From an uncultured Bdellovibrionales bacterium (lineage in GTDB: Bacteria > Patescibacteriota > Minisyncoccia > Moranbacterales > UBA1568), in the NCBI GenBank assembly GCA_964508015.1, contig CAZDRG010000002.1, positions 3,043-41,632 on the forward strand: a stretch of DNA of 38,590 nt, written 5' to 3'. Shown in pieces: positions 8,841 through 16,243 of this stretch. Position numbers and translations under genes: made by a program. The notes under the pieces were generated by a model. It saw only the letters and a list, made by a program, of their open reading frames with translations, ran no database searches and was not told where the DNA came from. The stretch's first letter is position 1; each line of letters starts with the position of its first letter.

Positions 8841-9065
8841 TCACTCGATTGTCGTTCTCCTGTTGTGCGGCTTGATCTCGAGTTCGGCAACACAAACCTT
8901 GATAAAACCTACGACCACAACCACGGCGCCAAACATCGCCACCAGGTACATCGTGTTTTTCCACTCCTCCGAGGTAATCGTTTCGGCAGAGATTACAGCA
9001 AGAAAAAATATCACTGCGCCAAAAAACATCCTCAGCCCACCCTGCATGAATTGATCCGGTTGCAT
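8841..9065 (-). CDS. Small two-TM membrane protein (74 aa), hypothetical
   Basis: The ATG is preceded by AAAGGA at 6 nt. Two hydrophobic helices are present (MFFGAVIFFLAVISA and LVAMFGAVVVVVGFI). No family recognised. Confidence 0.45.
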   Translation of the reverse strand: MQPDQFMQGGLRMFFGAVIFFLAVISAETITSEEWKNTMYLVAMFGAVVVVVGFIKVCVAELEIKPHNRRTTIE

Positions 9066-9154
9066 GAAATTCCTTTCGAGTCAAAATTATAAACCAACGA
9101 AAATCGTGATAGCCATAGAGCACAAAAGTGATCACTTGTCCCTAGAATTGTCCG

Positions 9155-9574
9155 TCAGCCACTGAGCAGGTAGATTGACACCACTGCCAATACGATACCA
9201 GCGCATTGCTTGACAGACAGGACGCTGCCGTTCATCAGCCAGTCCAGAAGCGGCGTCAGAATAGTCATGCATATGGTCATGATGACAATAAAGGTGCCCG
9301 TAGGCACATTTGGGTCTGCCGTCTTGACACTGTACGAATAGACAGCGGCACCGTTGATAAGTCCGGCAACCACAAGTAGTACACATGCTCTCACCGTAAA
9401 CATGGGGCCCTGTATCATCTCTTTCACTCCCAGCAGCACGGTGGTAGTTGACGTTGCCAAAACCACTAAGGTGCCTACCCACGCACCAGAGGCACCCGAG
9501 AATTTTCCGAGAATGGGCCAAAATGTAAAACACAGAGCTATACCTACAGCCCAAAGAATCAATGTAATATTCAC
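9155..9574 (-). CDS. Small polytopic membrane protein (139 aa), EamA/DMT-like half-transporter architecture
   Basis: GTG start with GGAG 7 nt upstream. Four to five hydrophobic helices. The family assignment is tentative and rests on architecture alone. Confidence 0.55.
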   Translation of the reverse strand: MNITLILWAVGIALCFTFWPILGKFSGASGAWVGTLVVLATSTTTVLLGVKEMIQGPMFTVRACVLLVVAGLINGAAVYSYSVKTADPNVPTGTFIVIMTICMTILTPLLDWLMNGSVLSVKQCAGIVLAVVSIYLLSG

Positions 9575-9724
9575 GAGACACTCCAGTAAAAATGCCTGAA
9601 TCGGCTTGTTAAGGGACAGTGATTACTCTAATCCGTAGCTTTCGCTTCCTATCACGGAATGAAAATATTAGCATATTCTATTGATTTTGTCCATACTTGG
9701 CTCAACTGTCTTTAAAGGTAATAA

Positions 9725-9752
9725 AAAATGAGACTCTAGTGAGCCTCATTTT
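9725..9752 (-). terminator. Intrinsic terminator after the wHTH-GHKL-STAS gene (bidirectional shape)
   Basis: AAAATGAGACTC (9725-9736) pairs with GAGCCTCATTTT (9741-9752) with one mismatch and loop TAGT. An A-run lies on one side and a T-run on the other. Confidence 0.55.
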
Positions 9753-9809
9753 ATCTGAACTATTTAGCCAATACAATGAGGATTAGATCCATGGAAAACA
9801 TCATCAAGA

Positions 9810-10889
9810 CTACTTTTGAATAAAATGATCTTGATTTCTTGGGTTGTTTCCCTCTACTCTATCAATCATAAACTTTACAGCCTCATTCATGTTAATTGCC
9901 TTGATTTTTATTTTTGGATATTTATTATGAAACACGCGAAATATCTCATCCGCAAAGGCCTGTCCGATCATGGGAACCTTGTCAAAATCCAAGATAACAA
10001 CCCTAAAATTATCCAGTCCAACAAGTACCCTTCTGGCTTGCGAACGCGAAATATGAACCCCACTTCTTAGATAAAGTTTTATTTTTACCTCTGTTTTATC
10101 AAACCCAAAATCACTTTCTTCGTCTATATTTGCGAATTCATCGAAAACTTCTTTCAGATGTTTCCCCGATTCAACCGATAGCTTAAAGGTAACCCTGGTC
10201 CCTTTTTTCATTTTCGATCCTTTTATTTCCTGAAGAAAAATATCTTTAATTTTATTATTTACTATAAGACGATACCCGAAGCTTTCAAGAACAAACTCCT
10301 CCCCAGCCCTGGAAGTAAAAAATATGCCTTGTCCAGAATGAAGTTCCGGCATGGTTGTTACTTTGCCCTTTAAAATATCTTGAATAGCCTCCAATTCAGA
10401 ATGAAGATTTCTCTTTTTCATCACATTCCTAAAAACTCCGATACCGAAATCATCAATTGTGAATATCATCAACTTATCTTTGAATTCAACTTCTATCCTA
10501 ATTTTCTCAGTACCAGAATGCTCAATTGCATTATTCAGCATTTCCGAGAATGCATAAGTAAATATATTTCTTATATTTTCTTTTTGTCCAAGAATCAATG
10601 GCAATTCGGACTCAATTTTATCTAAGGCAACATGCTCCTCTAAATTTTTATTAGTAAATGTTTTGGTAATCTTGGATGGCAGTATCTCTAGATGTTCTTT
10701 TGCGTATTCCGGTAGAGAATAAAAAGCCTTTGATGTAGAACCTATTTTAATAAGTTTCCCTGCTGAAACTAATTTATTTATCAAACGGCTGGCATATTGT
10801 CTGGATACTTTAAAAAGATCCACAACTTCCTTGGTTGTGATGGTACCTCTGCTTTCAGCCAATTCTATTAACTTATCTTTTGTCAACAT
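9810..10889 (-). CDS. Fusion protein: N-terminal winged HTH, GHKL (histidine-kinase-like/anti-sigma-kinase-like) ATPase, C-terminal STAS-like DUF4325
   Basis: The wHTH segment is TTKEVVDLFKVSRQYASRLINKLVSAGKLIKIG. GHKL boxes are N-box EMLNNAIEHS, G1 IDDFGIGV and G2 SGQGIFFTS. The C-terminal segment SQARRVLVGLDNFRVVILDFDKVPMIGQAFADEIFRVF is typical of DUF4325. The gene is visibly much more AT-rich than its surroundings. Confidence 0.8.
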   Translation of the reverse strand: MLTKDKLIELAESRGTITTKEVVDLFKVSRQYASRLINKLVSAGKLIKIGSTSKAFYSLPEYAKEHLEILPSKITKTFTNKNLEEHVALDKIESELPLILGQKENIRNIFTYAFSEMLNNAIEHSGTEKIRIEVEFKDKLMIFTIDDFGIGVFRNVMKKRNLHSELEAIQDILKGKVTTMPELHSGQGIFFTSRAGEEFVLESFGYRLIVNNKIKDIFLQEIKGSKMKKGTRVTFKLSVESGKHLKEVFDEFANIDEESDFGFDKTEVKIKLYLRSGVHISRSQARRVLVGLDNFRVVILDFDKVPMIGQAFADEIFRVFHNKYPKIKIKAINMNEAVKFMIDRVEGNNPRNQDHFIQK

Positions 10890-10996
10890 ATTGTAAACTC
10901 ATATTAAAACTATTGTAAACTCATTATAGCGCAACATTTAAATCTTGTCAACTAGTTGTAAACAACATTTAAAATTATTGTAAACAACTTGTAAAC
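10880..10996 (+). promoter_or_regulatory. Array of seven same-orientation TTGT[A/C]AAC sites (candidate operator or iteron array)
   Basis: Sites start at 10880, 10891, 10913, 10945, 10956, 10978 and 10989, giving spacings of 11, 22, 32, 11, 22 and 11 bp. ATTGTAAACTCAT is exactly repeated at 10890 and 10912. TTGTAAACAAC is exactly repeated at 10956 and 10978. One site forms the -35 hexamer and one overlaps the start codon. Confidence 0.6.
10923..10951 (-). promoter_or_regulatory. Consensus sigma70-type promoter for the wHTH-GHKL-STAS gene
   Basis: On the minus strand this reads TTGACA (10946-10951), a 17-nt spacer, then TATAAT (10923-10928). It sits about 34 nt upstream of the ATG at 10889. 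Confidence 0.65.
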
Positions 10997-11002
10997 TAAT
11001 AA

Positions 11003-11030
11003 AAAATAAGGCCTTTTAGAGCCTTATTTT
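11003..11030 (-). terminator. Intrinsic terminator downstream of tRNA-Gly(UCC)
   Basis: AAAATAAGGC (11003-11012) pairs with GCCTTATTTT (11021-11030). On the minus strand a U-rich tail follows. The shape resembles the terminator after tRNA-Gly(CCC). Confidence 0.5.
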
Positions 11031-11037
11031 TTATTTG

Positions 11038-11109
11038 AGCGGGTAAACGGAATCGAACCGTCATCCTCAGCTTGGAAGGCTGATGTAATAACCATTATAC
11101 AATACCCGC
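11038..11109 (-). tRNA. tRNA-Gly (anticodon UCC)
   Basis: Hand-folded cloverleaf. Acceptor GCGGGTA/TACCCGC, anticodon stem TCAGC/GCTGA, loop CTTCCAA, T arm GACGG-TTCGATT-CCGTT, discriminator U. Confidence 0.9.
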
Positions 11110-11270
11110 GTGTGCATTCTCATTGTACCAAATTTCGAAGGAACTCCTTACCAATACCACTTTTCAAATATTTCTCTCGTTTGCGTCCATTGGCATATCC
11201 CTCACAGTTTTCAGCATGTAATACCGAATTAACTTAATCACTGCTTGATTCACTGTGTGCGGAGCTTGGA

Positions 11271-11321
11271 TTCCCGCCTTGCGCCACCGCTCAAGCTAAA
11301 GGCGGCACGCGGTCACGGGAA
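11271..11321. other. Isolated GC-rich imperfect hairpin in the tRNA-Gly(UCC) upstream spacer
   Basis: TTCCCG (11271-11276) pairs with CGGGAA (11316-11321). Inner pairs are GCG/CGC and CCGC/GCGG around the loop TCAAGCTAAAG. Function unknown. Confidence 0.25.
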
Positions 11322-11360
11322 TAACAAAGAATACTGGCTTTAGTTCATTTGGTACACCTA

Positions 11361-11488
11361 CAAATACCAAAGAACGGAGTGGGTTTGGCTCTCAGCTTTT
11401 TCTGATGCCCCATATTTCCGAATATGCAGCAAAGAAAAGGGTGGGAGCCAAACCCACATGAAATGCAAAGATTCAAAGCAAACTCCTC
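11361..11488 (-). repeat. Conserved long-hairpin element, copy 2 (direct repeat of copy 1)
   Basis: By hand alignment to copy 1 there are 8 substitutions and two small indels, with a 64-nt identical run (11380-11443 matches 8671-8734). The outer stem is 11379-11394 with 11442-11457. The element starts about 60 nt after the stop of the FNR-like gene. Confidence 0.75.
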
Positions 11489-11548
11489 AAGCACCCACCA
11501 ACCATAGCGAAAATCTCCTCTTTCGTCAACAACGAGAAGCCAGGGCTG

Positions 11549-12283
11549 CTATTTCGCCGCCGGCTTACGCAAGCCAGTAAATGGGTCCTTCTTACATTGT
11601 TCTTTCATCACGCCAAAGCCAGCCAGCGTGGTCTCCATGGCATCAATGAACTCACCCGACCCAACCATGTAGTACAAACGATTCTGAATATCCGTGAGAT
11701 ATTTTTCGAGCATACTGGCCGTAATATATCCGCGTTCATCATTCTCTGGATCAATCGGGTCTTCTGACTGACTGAGTACCGTCACGTATCGAAAATGTGG
11801 AAGCGCACGAGCTAGTTCGGTAAACTCCTCATGGAAACTCGCATCCTTCAGAAAACGATTGGCATAAAATAACGTGTATTCTCTCTGACTCCCCTGATGA
11901 AGTGCCTCCCGGAGAATACTTCGTGCTGGGGTGATACCGATGCCCCCGACCAAAAACACAATCGGCTGGTCATTCCCTTCTGGTTCGGTAAAAAATCCAA
12001 CTGCCTTGGTAACCTCGACTGTATCGCCCGGCTTGAGCGTCCAGAATGTTTTCTTGTATCCGCTTTCTCCCGAACGCATCGCAAAGGCAATCTCAGGCTC
12101 ATACGGAGAGGAAGCAAAAGAGAAAGAGCGAGCCGCCCCCTTTGGATCGGCTTCAACGAGATTTGCAAGCTTAATGGCACAGTACTGTCCAGCCTGATAG
12201 GTGTAATCAAGAGGACGGTCAAATGTGAATATCTTCGTCCCATCGGCAATGTCTTCAATACGTTTGATAGTGAGTGTGTACAT
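11549..12283 (-). CDS. FAD/NAD(P)-binding oxidoreductase, ferredoxin-NADP reductase-like fold
   Basis: The FAD-binding beta-barrel motif is RSFSFASSP. The NAD-binding motif is IVFLVGGIGITPARSIL. Length and architecture are typical of the family. Confidence 0.8.
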   Translation of the reverse strand: MYTLTIKRIEDIADGTKIFTFDRPLDYTYQAGQYCAIKLANLVEADPKGAARSFSFASSPYEPEIAFAMRSGESGYKKTFWTLKPGDTVEVTKAVGFFTEPEGNDQPIVFLVGGIGITPARSILREALHQGSQREYTLFYANRFLKDASFHEEFTELARALPHFRYVTVLSQSEDPIDPENDERGYITASMLEKYLTDIQNRLYYMVGSGEFIDAMETTLAGFGVMKEQCKKDPFTGLRKPAAK

Positions 12284-12368
12284 TTCTTTTTTACTTTAAT
12301 ATGAGTGATGTAAAACCAGTATATCCGATACACCTCTCTCCGGTCAAAACAAAGAATCAATACACCAA

Positions 12369-13370
12369 CTAAAGATCTCCCAGAAGATCAATCAATGTTC
12401 GAGCGAGCTTCTCTGCATCGTGTCGAATGAAAGCCCTCGTGGCCGCAATCTTATCCGAGCGTGAATATTCCACCGGCCTTGCATCAAGAAAATCTCCCAT
12501 AATGACCACACAGCGATTCCCCGCTCTCTGACCCATCGTATGCCGCTGTGTAAGCACAGCCTCATGGGCATACTTTTTCAGCAAGCTCTCATCTGGCAAT
12601 GCTGAATTGTACGTTGCATAATCTATCCGGGCTTCCCCAAAAAACTGATCGATAGCTTTTATGTAGTCTTCCAAAAAAAAGTCATCCGTATGCCAACGTT
12701 TACTCACAAGATTGCTATTGTACACCACTTTGGCTTGAGACGCTCGTATGGCTTCGGGAATACCCGGAACCAAGAGATTCGGAATAACACTACAGTAGTG
12801 ATTTCCTGGGCCAATCACAATGAGATCCGCCGCGAGTAATCTCTCGACTGCTACCGGATTCGCTCGGGGCTCTGGATCAAGAAAGATTCGATTCACGCCA
12901 ATCTGCTCGACCTTCATATTCTGATTAATCTCATTTTCTCCATGGAGCAACTTTTTATTCCTGAGCTCTAAAAAAAGATTGGTGTCCGATACCGTCACTG
13001 GAATCACCTCTCCCTTAACACTGAGTATACGCGAAGCCTCGACAACGGCTTGCGAGAAGTTGCCCGTTACTTTTTCAAGAGCTGAAAGAAATAAATTTCC
13101 AAAGCTATGCCCTGTCAGTCCCCCGTCTTCAAATCGATAGTTCATCAAACTACGAAGTATTTCCGGTGAATCCGAAAGAGCCACGAGGCACTGGCGAATA
13201 TCCCCTGGTGGGAGCACGCCAAGCTCATCACGAAGTACTCCTGTAGAACCACCATCGTCCGTCATAGAGACAATGGCCGAGAGTTCAACAGGATACTGCT
13301 TCAAACCAGAGAGCAGCATAAAACTTCCTGTCCCGCCACCAATGGTCACTATTTTTTTCATATCGATCAT
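12369..13370 (-). CDS. YvcK/CofD-family protein (gluconeogenesis factor-like, UPF0052)
   Basis: KIVTIGGGTGSFMLLSGLK and SMTDDGGSTGVLRDELGVLPPGDIRQCLVAL are family signatures. Confidence 0.85.
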   Translation of the reverse strand: MIDMKKIVTIGGGTGSFMLLSGLKQYPVELSAIVSMTDDGGSTGVLRDELGVLPPGDIRQCLVALSDSPEILRSLMNYRFEDGGLTGHSFGNLFLSALEKVTGNFSQAVVEASRILSVKGEVIPVTVSDTNLFLELRNKKLLHGENEINQNMKVEQIGVNRIFLDPEPRANPVAVERLLAADLIVIGPGNHYCSVIPNLLVPGIPEAIRASQAKVVYNSNLVSKRWHTDDFFLEDYIKAIDQFFGEARIDYATYNSALPDESLLKKYAHEAVLTQRHTMGQRAGNRCVVIMGDFLDARPVEYSRSDKIAATRAFIRHDAEKLARTLIDLLGDL

Positions 13371-13588
13371 GAATCAAGAAATATTCTCTTCAGAATGAGA
13401 AGAAGCGTGTAGCGAAAAATTGCCCACTAAAAAGCATATCTTTCACTCAACGTATACTTGCGCTGTATAAGCTCGCTACCAATACCGATAACGAAAACAA
13501 AATACATCGGTTCATCTGCCGAAATAAGCAGGAGTCCGCATAAAACAAGAATAAGAAACATATTTTTCACAGGAAAAATGTTCTCTAG

Positions 13589-13659
13589 TCGGGGCACTCG
13601 GAATCGAACCGAAACTAAATGATCCCAAATCACTCGTACTACCACTATACTATGCCCCG
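13589..13659 (-). tRNA. tRNA-Pro (anticodon UGG)
   Basis: Hand-folded cloverleaf. Acceptor CGGGGCA/TGCCCCG, U8, D stem GTAT/GTAC, anticodon stem AGTGA/TCATT, loop TTTGGGA with G37, T arm TTCGG-TTCGATT-CCGAG, discriminator A. Confidence 0.85.
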
Positions 13660-13771
13660 AAACAACGTCTCCGCAACTCTCAATAAGACTTCCCCATTCT
13701 ACCTGTTTCGCTCCTATCCGTCAATCCCAAAGAAGCCCAGTATGTTCTCTTCTGCCTACTTCCTTTCTCCC

Positions 13772-13810
13772 AAAAAAAAGTAACCCCGCCCCGATAGACA
13801 TCGGGACGGG
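13772..13810 (-). terminator. Intrinsic terminator of hup
   Basis: CCCG-C-CCCGAT (13785-13795) pairs with ATCGGG-A-CGGG (13800-13810) around loop AGAC. On the minus strand a T8 run follows (A8 at 13772-13779). Confidence 0.7.
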
Positions 13811-13846
13811 ACAACCCTATCTTTTGTATCTGGAAAATACGGAAGA

Positions 13847-14128
13847 TTATTTGACTGCTTCTTTCAATGTCTTTCCAGCGGTGAATTTTGGAACCGTCAT
13901 TGCTGGGATAGTAATCTTAGCCTTGGTCTGTGGGTTGATACCTTCACGGGCAGCACGATTCGAAACTTTGAACGTACCAAAACCAGTAAGGGTAACCTTA
14001 TTCCCCTTACGGAGCTGATCGGTGACCACATCAACAAAACATTCGAGCATAGACTCAACGTCCTTCTTTGCGAGCTCGGTCTTTTCCATGATCTCATGAA
14101 TAAGAGCGTCTTTGTTTACATTCTGCAT
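13847..14128 (-). CDS. hup: HU family nucleoid-associated DNA-binding protein
   Basis: NKDALIHEIMEKTELAKKDVE...VTLTGFGTFKVSNRAAREGINPQT is canonical HU. AGGAGG (14137-14142) lies 8 nt upstream of ATG 14128, so the GTG at 14137 in the track is probably not the start. Confidence 0.9.
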   Translation of the reverse strand: MQNVNKDALIHEIMEKTELAKKDVESMLECFVDVVTDQLRKGNKVTLTGFGTFKVSNRAAREGINPQTKAKITIPAMTVPKFTAGKTLKEAVK

Positions 14129-14223
14129 AATTTCCACCTCCTTTCTGTATTTAAGCTATTAGCCTCTTCTACCGTAGCAGATTTTCTGCAAAGCACAAAA
14201 TCTACTAAGAGCTTCTTTTCGCT

Positions 14224-14251
14224 ATTGTAAGCCTTTCTCAAAAATATGCAA
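14224..14251 (-). promoter_or_regulatory. Candidate hup promoter
   Basis: On the minus strand this reads TTGCAT (14246-14251), a 16-nt spacer, then TACAAT (14224-14229). Confidence 0.35.
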
Positions 14252-14358
14252 GTCTCTTTTGGCTTGAACAAGAGAATCTTTCAGTAATTCCCTTTCTGCT
14301 CTCACTTGGACAATTCATTTTATTCTCCGTTCACATGATATGCCCCTTTATCAAAGCC

Positions 14359-14394
14359 TAAAAACGAACTACCCCACTCTGAATGGTGGGGTAG
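14359..14394 (-). terminator. Intrinsic terminator of rny
   Basis: CTACCCCAC (14369-14377) pairs with GTGGGGTAG (14386-14394). On the minus strand it is followed by TTCGTTTTT. Confidence 0.65.
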
Positions 14395-14430
14395 CAAGAA
14401 AACATTCAGTTGTATTCTCTTTTCTCGCTT

Positions 14431-15960
14431 CTAACGTGCGTATTCAATAGCCCTGGTCTCGCGATACACATTGACTCGAATTTCACCTGGGTACTGCAGT
14501 TCCTCTTCAATGCGCTTCGCAATTTCTTTGGCAAGATTCATGGCACCGAGGTCATCCGTTTTCTCCGGGTTCACAAAAATACGAACCTCACGTCCTGCCT
14601 GGATAGCAAATGATTTCTCCACTTGTGGGAATGAATTTACAAGCGCCTCAAGCTCCTGTAAACGCTTGATATATTTTTCCGCAGTCTCTTTACGAGCACC
14701 CGGGCGAGAGGCCGAGATAGCATCCGCTGCAGTGACGATAAAAGCTTCCAATCGCTCATGAGGATACTCATCATGATGACACTTCATAGAGTCAATGACA
14801 TCCTGTCCGATATTGAACTTTTCTAAGATACGCATACCGATTTTGACATGCGTTCCTTCAATTTCATGGTCAACGGCCTTGCCAATATCATGCAGAAGGC
14901 CGGCCTTTTTGGCTACGGCAACATTCGCGCCCAATTCGGCAGCGATAGCTCCTGAAAGATAGGAGACTTCCAATGAATGTAGGAGAATATTCTGCTTATA
15001 GCTATATCGATATCGCAAACGGCCAAGAATGTAGAGGAGCTTCGGATGAAGTCCTGCGACGCCAGCGTCGTAAGCAGCCGCTTCGCCAGCCTCACGGATT
15101 TTCTGGTCAATCTCTTTCTTCGCCTCAGCTACTGCTTCTTCGATGCGGGCCGGATGGATACGACCATCTTCAATTAACTTCTCAAGCGCAATACGTGCGA
15201 TTTCACGTCGCACTGGATCAAATGACGAGATAATAACTGATTCCGGAGTATCGTCCACGATGAATTCGACCCCCGTCTCCTTTTCCAACGCTCGGATATT
15301 CCGCCCTTCCTTTCCGATAATTTTACCTTTTACCTCATCGGAAGGAATCTGCACTGTCGAGGTCGTAAATTCAGCAACATGTGAACGGGCATATTTCTGA
15401 ATAACCGTCCCCATAATTGAAAGTGCTCTGCGCTCAAGTTCATCGGCATTCTCATTCTCTAATTTAGAAATCCGCCGAACCAGCACGTCCTGACTTTCCT
15501 TCTCTGCTTTCGCGTATATCTGTTCTACGGCTTCTTCCCGAGTCAGAGAAGCAATTTGCTGCAATCGAACCAGCTCTTCTTCTTTCAATTTCTCTGTTTC
15601 TTCTCGGAGCGCCTTTATACTCTCGGCCTTTCTCACGAGTGCCTCCTCGTGTTTTTCTAACTCTTGATTTTTTCGATCGAGCTGTTCTTCTCGTTTCTCG
15701 ACACGAACCTCCTGATTCGTGATTTTCTGTTCACGCTCTTTTTCATTTTTTTTCGCCTCTTCGAGAATCTCGACAGATTTTTTCTTCGCTTCTAAGACAG
15801 ATTCCTCGGACTTCTTCTTCGCTTCACTCAGGATTTTTTCTGCTTGACCCTCAGCAGTCTCAAGCTGTCTCTTGGCAATATTTTGACGAACAAAATAGCC
15901 AACAATTGCCCCGCCACCAAGAAGAAAAACACCAAAAACAAAGTTTGTTATTTCAAACAT
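14431..15960 (-). CDS. rny: Ribonuclease Y
   Basis: N-terminal TM helix, then a long charged coiled coil. The KH domain is VKGKIIGKEGRNIRALE. The HD domain is GLLHDIGKAVDHEIEGTHVKIG. Confidence 0.9.
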   Translation of the reverse strand: MFEITNFVFGVFLLGGGAIVGYFVRQNIAKRQLETAEGQAEKILSEAKKKSEESVLEAKKKSVEILEEAKKNEKEREQKITNQEVRVEKREEQLDRKNQELEKHEEALVRKAESIKALREETEKLKEEELVRLQQIASLTREEAVEQIYAKAEKESQDVLVRRISKLENENADELERRALSIMGTVIQKYARSHVAEFTTSTVQIPSDEVKGKIIGKEGRNIRALEKETGVEFIVDDTPESVIISSFDPVRREIARIALEKLIEDGRIHPARIEEAVAEAKKEIDQKIREAGEAAAYDAGVAGLHPKLLYILGRLRYRYSYKQNILLHSLEVSYLSGAIAAELGANVAVAKKAGLLHDIGKAVDHEIEGTHVKIGMRILEKFNIGQDVIDSMKCHHDEYPHERLEAFIVTAADAISASRPGARKETAEKYIKRLQELEALVNSFPQVEKSFAIQAGREVRIFVNPEKTDDLGAMNLAKEIAKRIEEELQYPGEIRVNVYRETRAIEYAR

Positions 15961-16243
15961 ATATAAACACCGTAGAAAGCTAGCAGCCTAGTATCACATG
16001 GATACTGGTACGTATGCGCAATGGAAAGAAAGAGAATAAGATCTGAAAAAAAATGACACTGTTTGATTGTAGAGAGACCGTTCCATTCCCATATTTTCTT
16101 CCAAAAAACATCTGATTCTGCCAGAATACGGTTCGAATCAATACACGAATTAGATGCATGAGTAGTATATGGCGAGAGTCCCCTTTTGTCAAAGAGTATT
16201 CCGTGTTACCATTTCCAGTGAAGACCCTAATAGAAAAGTAAAA

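Noticed and set aside
11258-11292. A tRNA 3'-end fragment (TTGGATTCCCGCCTTGCGCCACC) as an att-site remnant of an integrated element
   Set aside because: The bases flanking the T-loop-like TTGGATT do not pair (GGAGC versus CCCGC). The orientation is opposite to the adjacent tRNA-Gly, and the sequence matches neither Gly tRNA.
8651-11488. The two 130-bp repeats as template/variable repeats of a diversity-generating retroelement
   Set aside because: The differences are ordinary transitions in both directions plus small indels, not adenine-specific substitutions. Neither copy lies at the 3' end of a coding gene, and there is no reverse transcriptase in the window.
13427-13645. 72-aa ORF in the track
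   Set aside because: Its N-terminal third is the antisense-free read-through of tRNA-Pro(UGG) at 13589-13659. Only a 44-aa hydrophobic remnant (from ATG 13561) could be real, and it has no SD or recognisable family.
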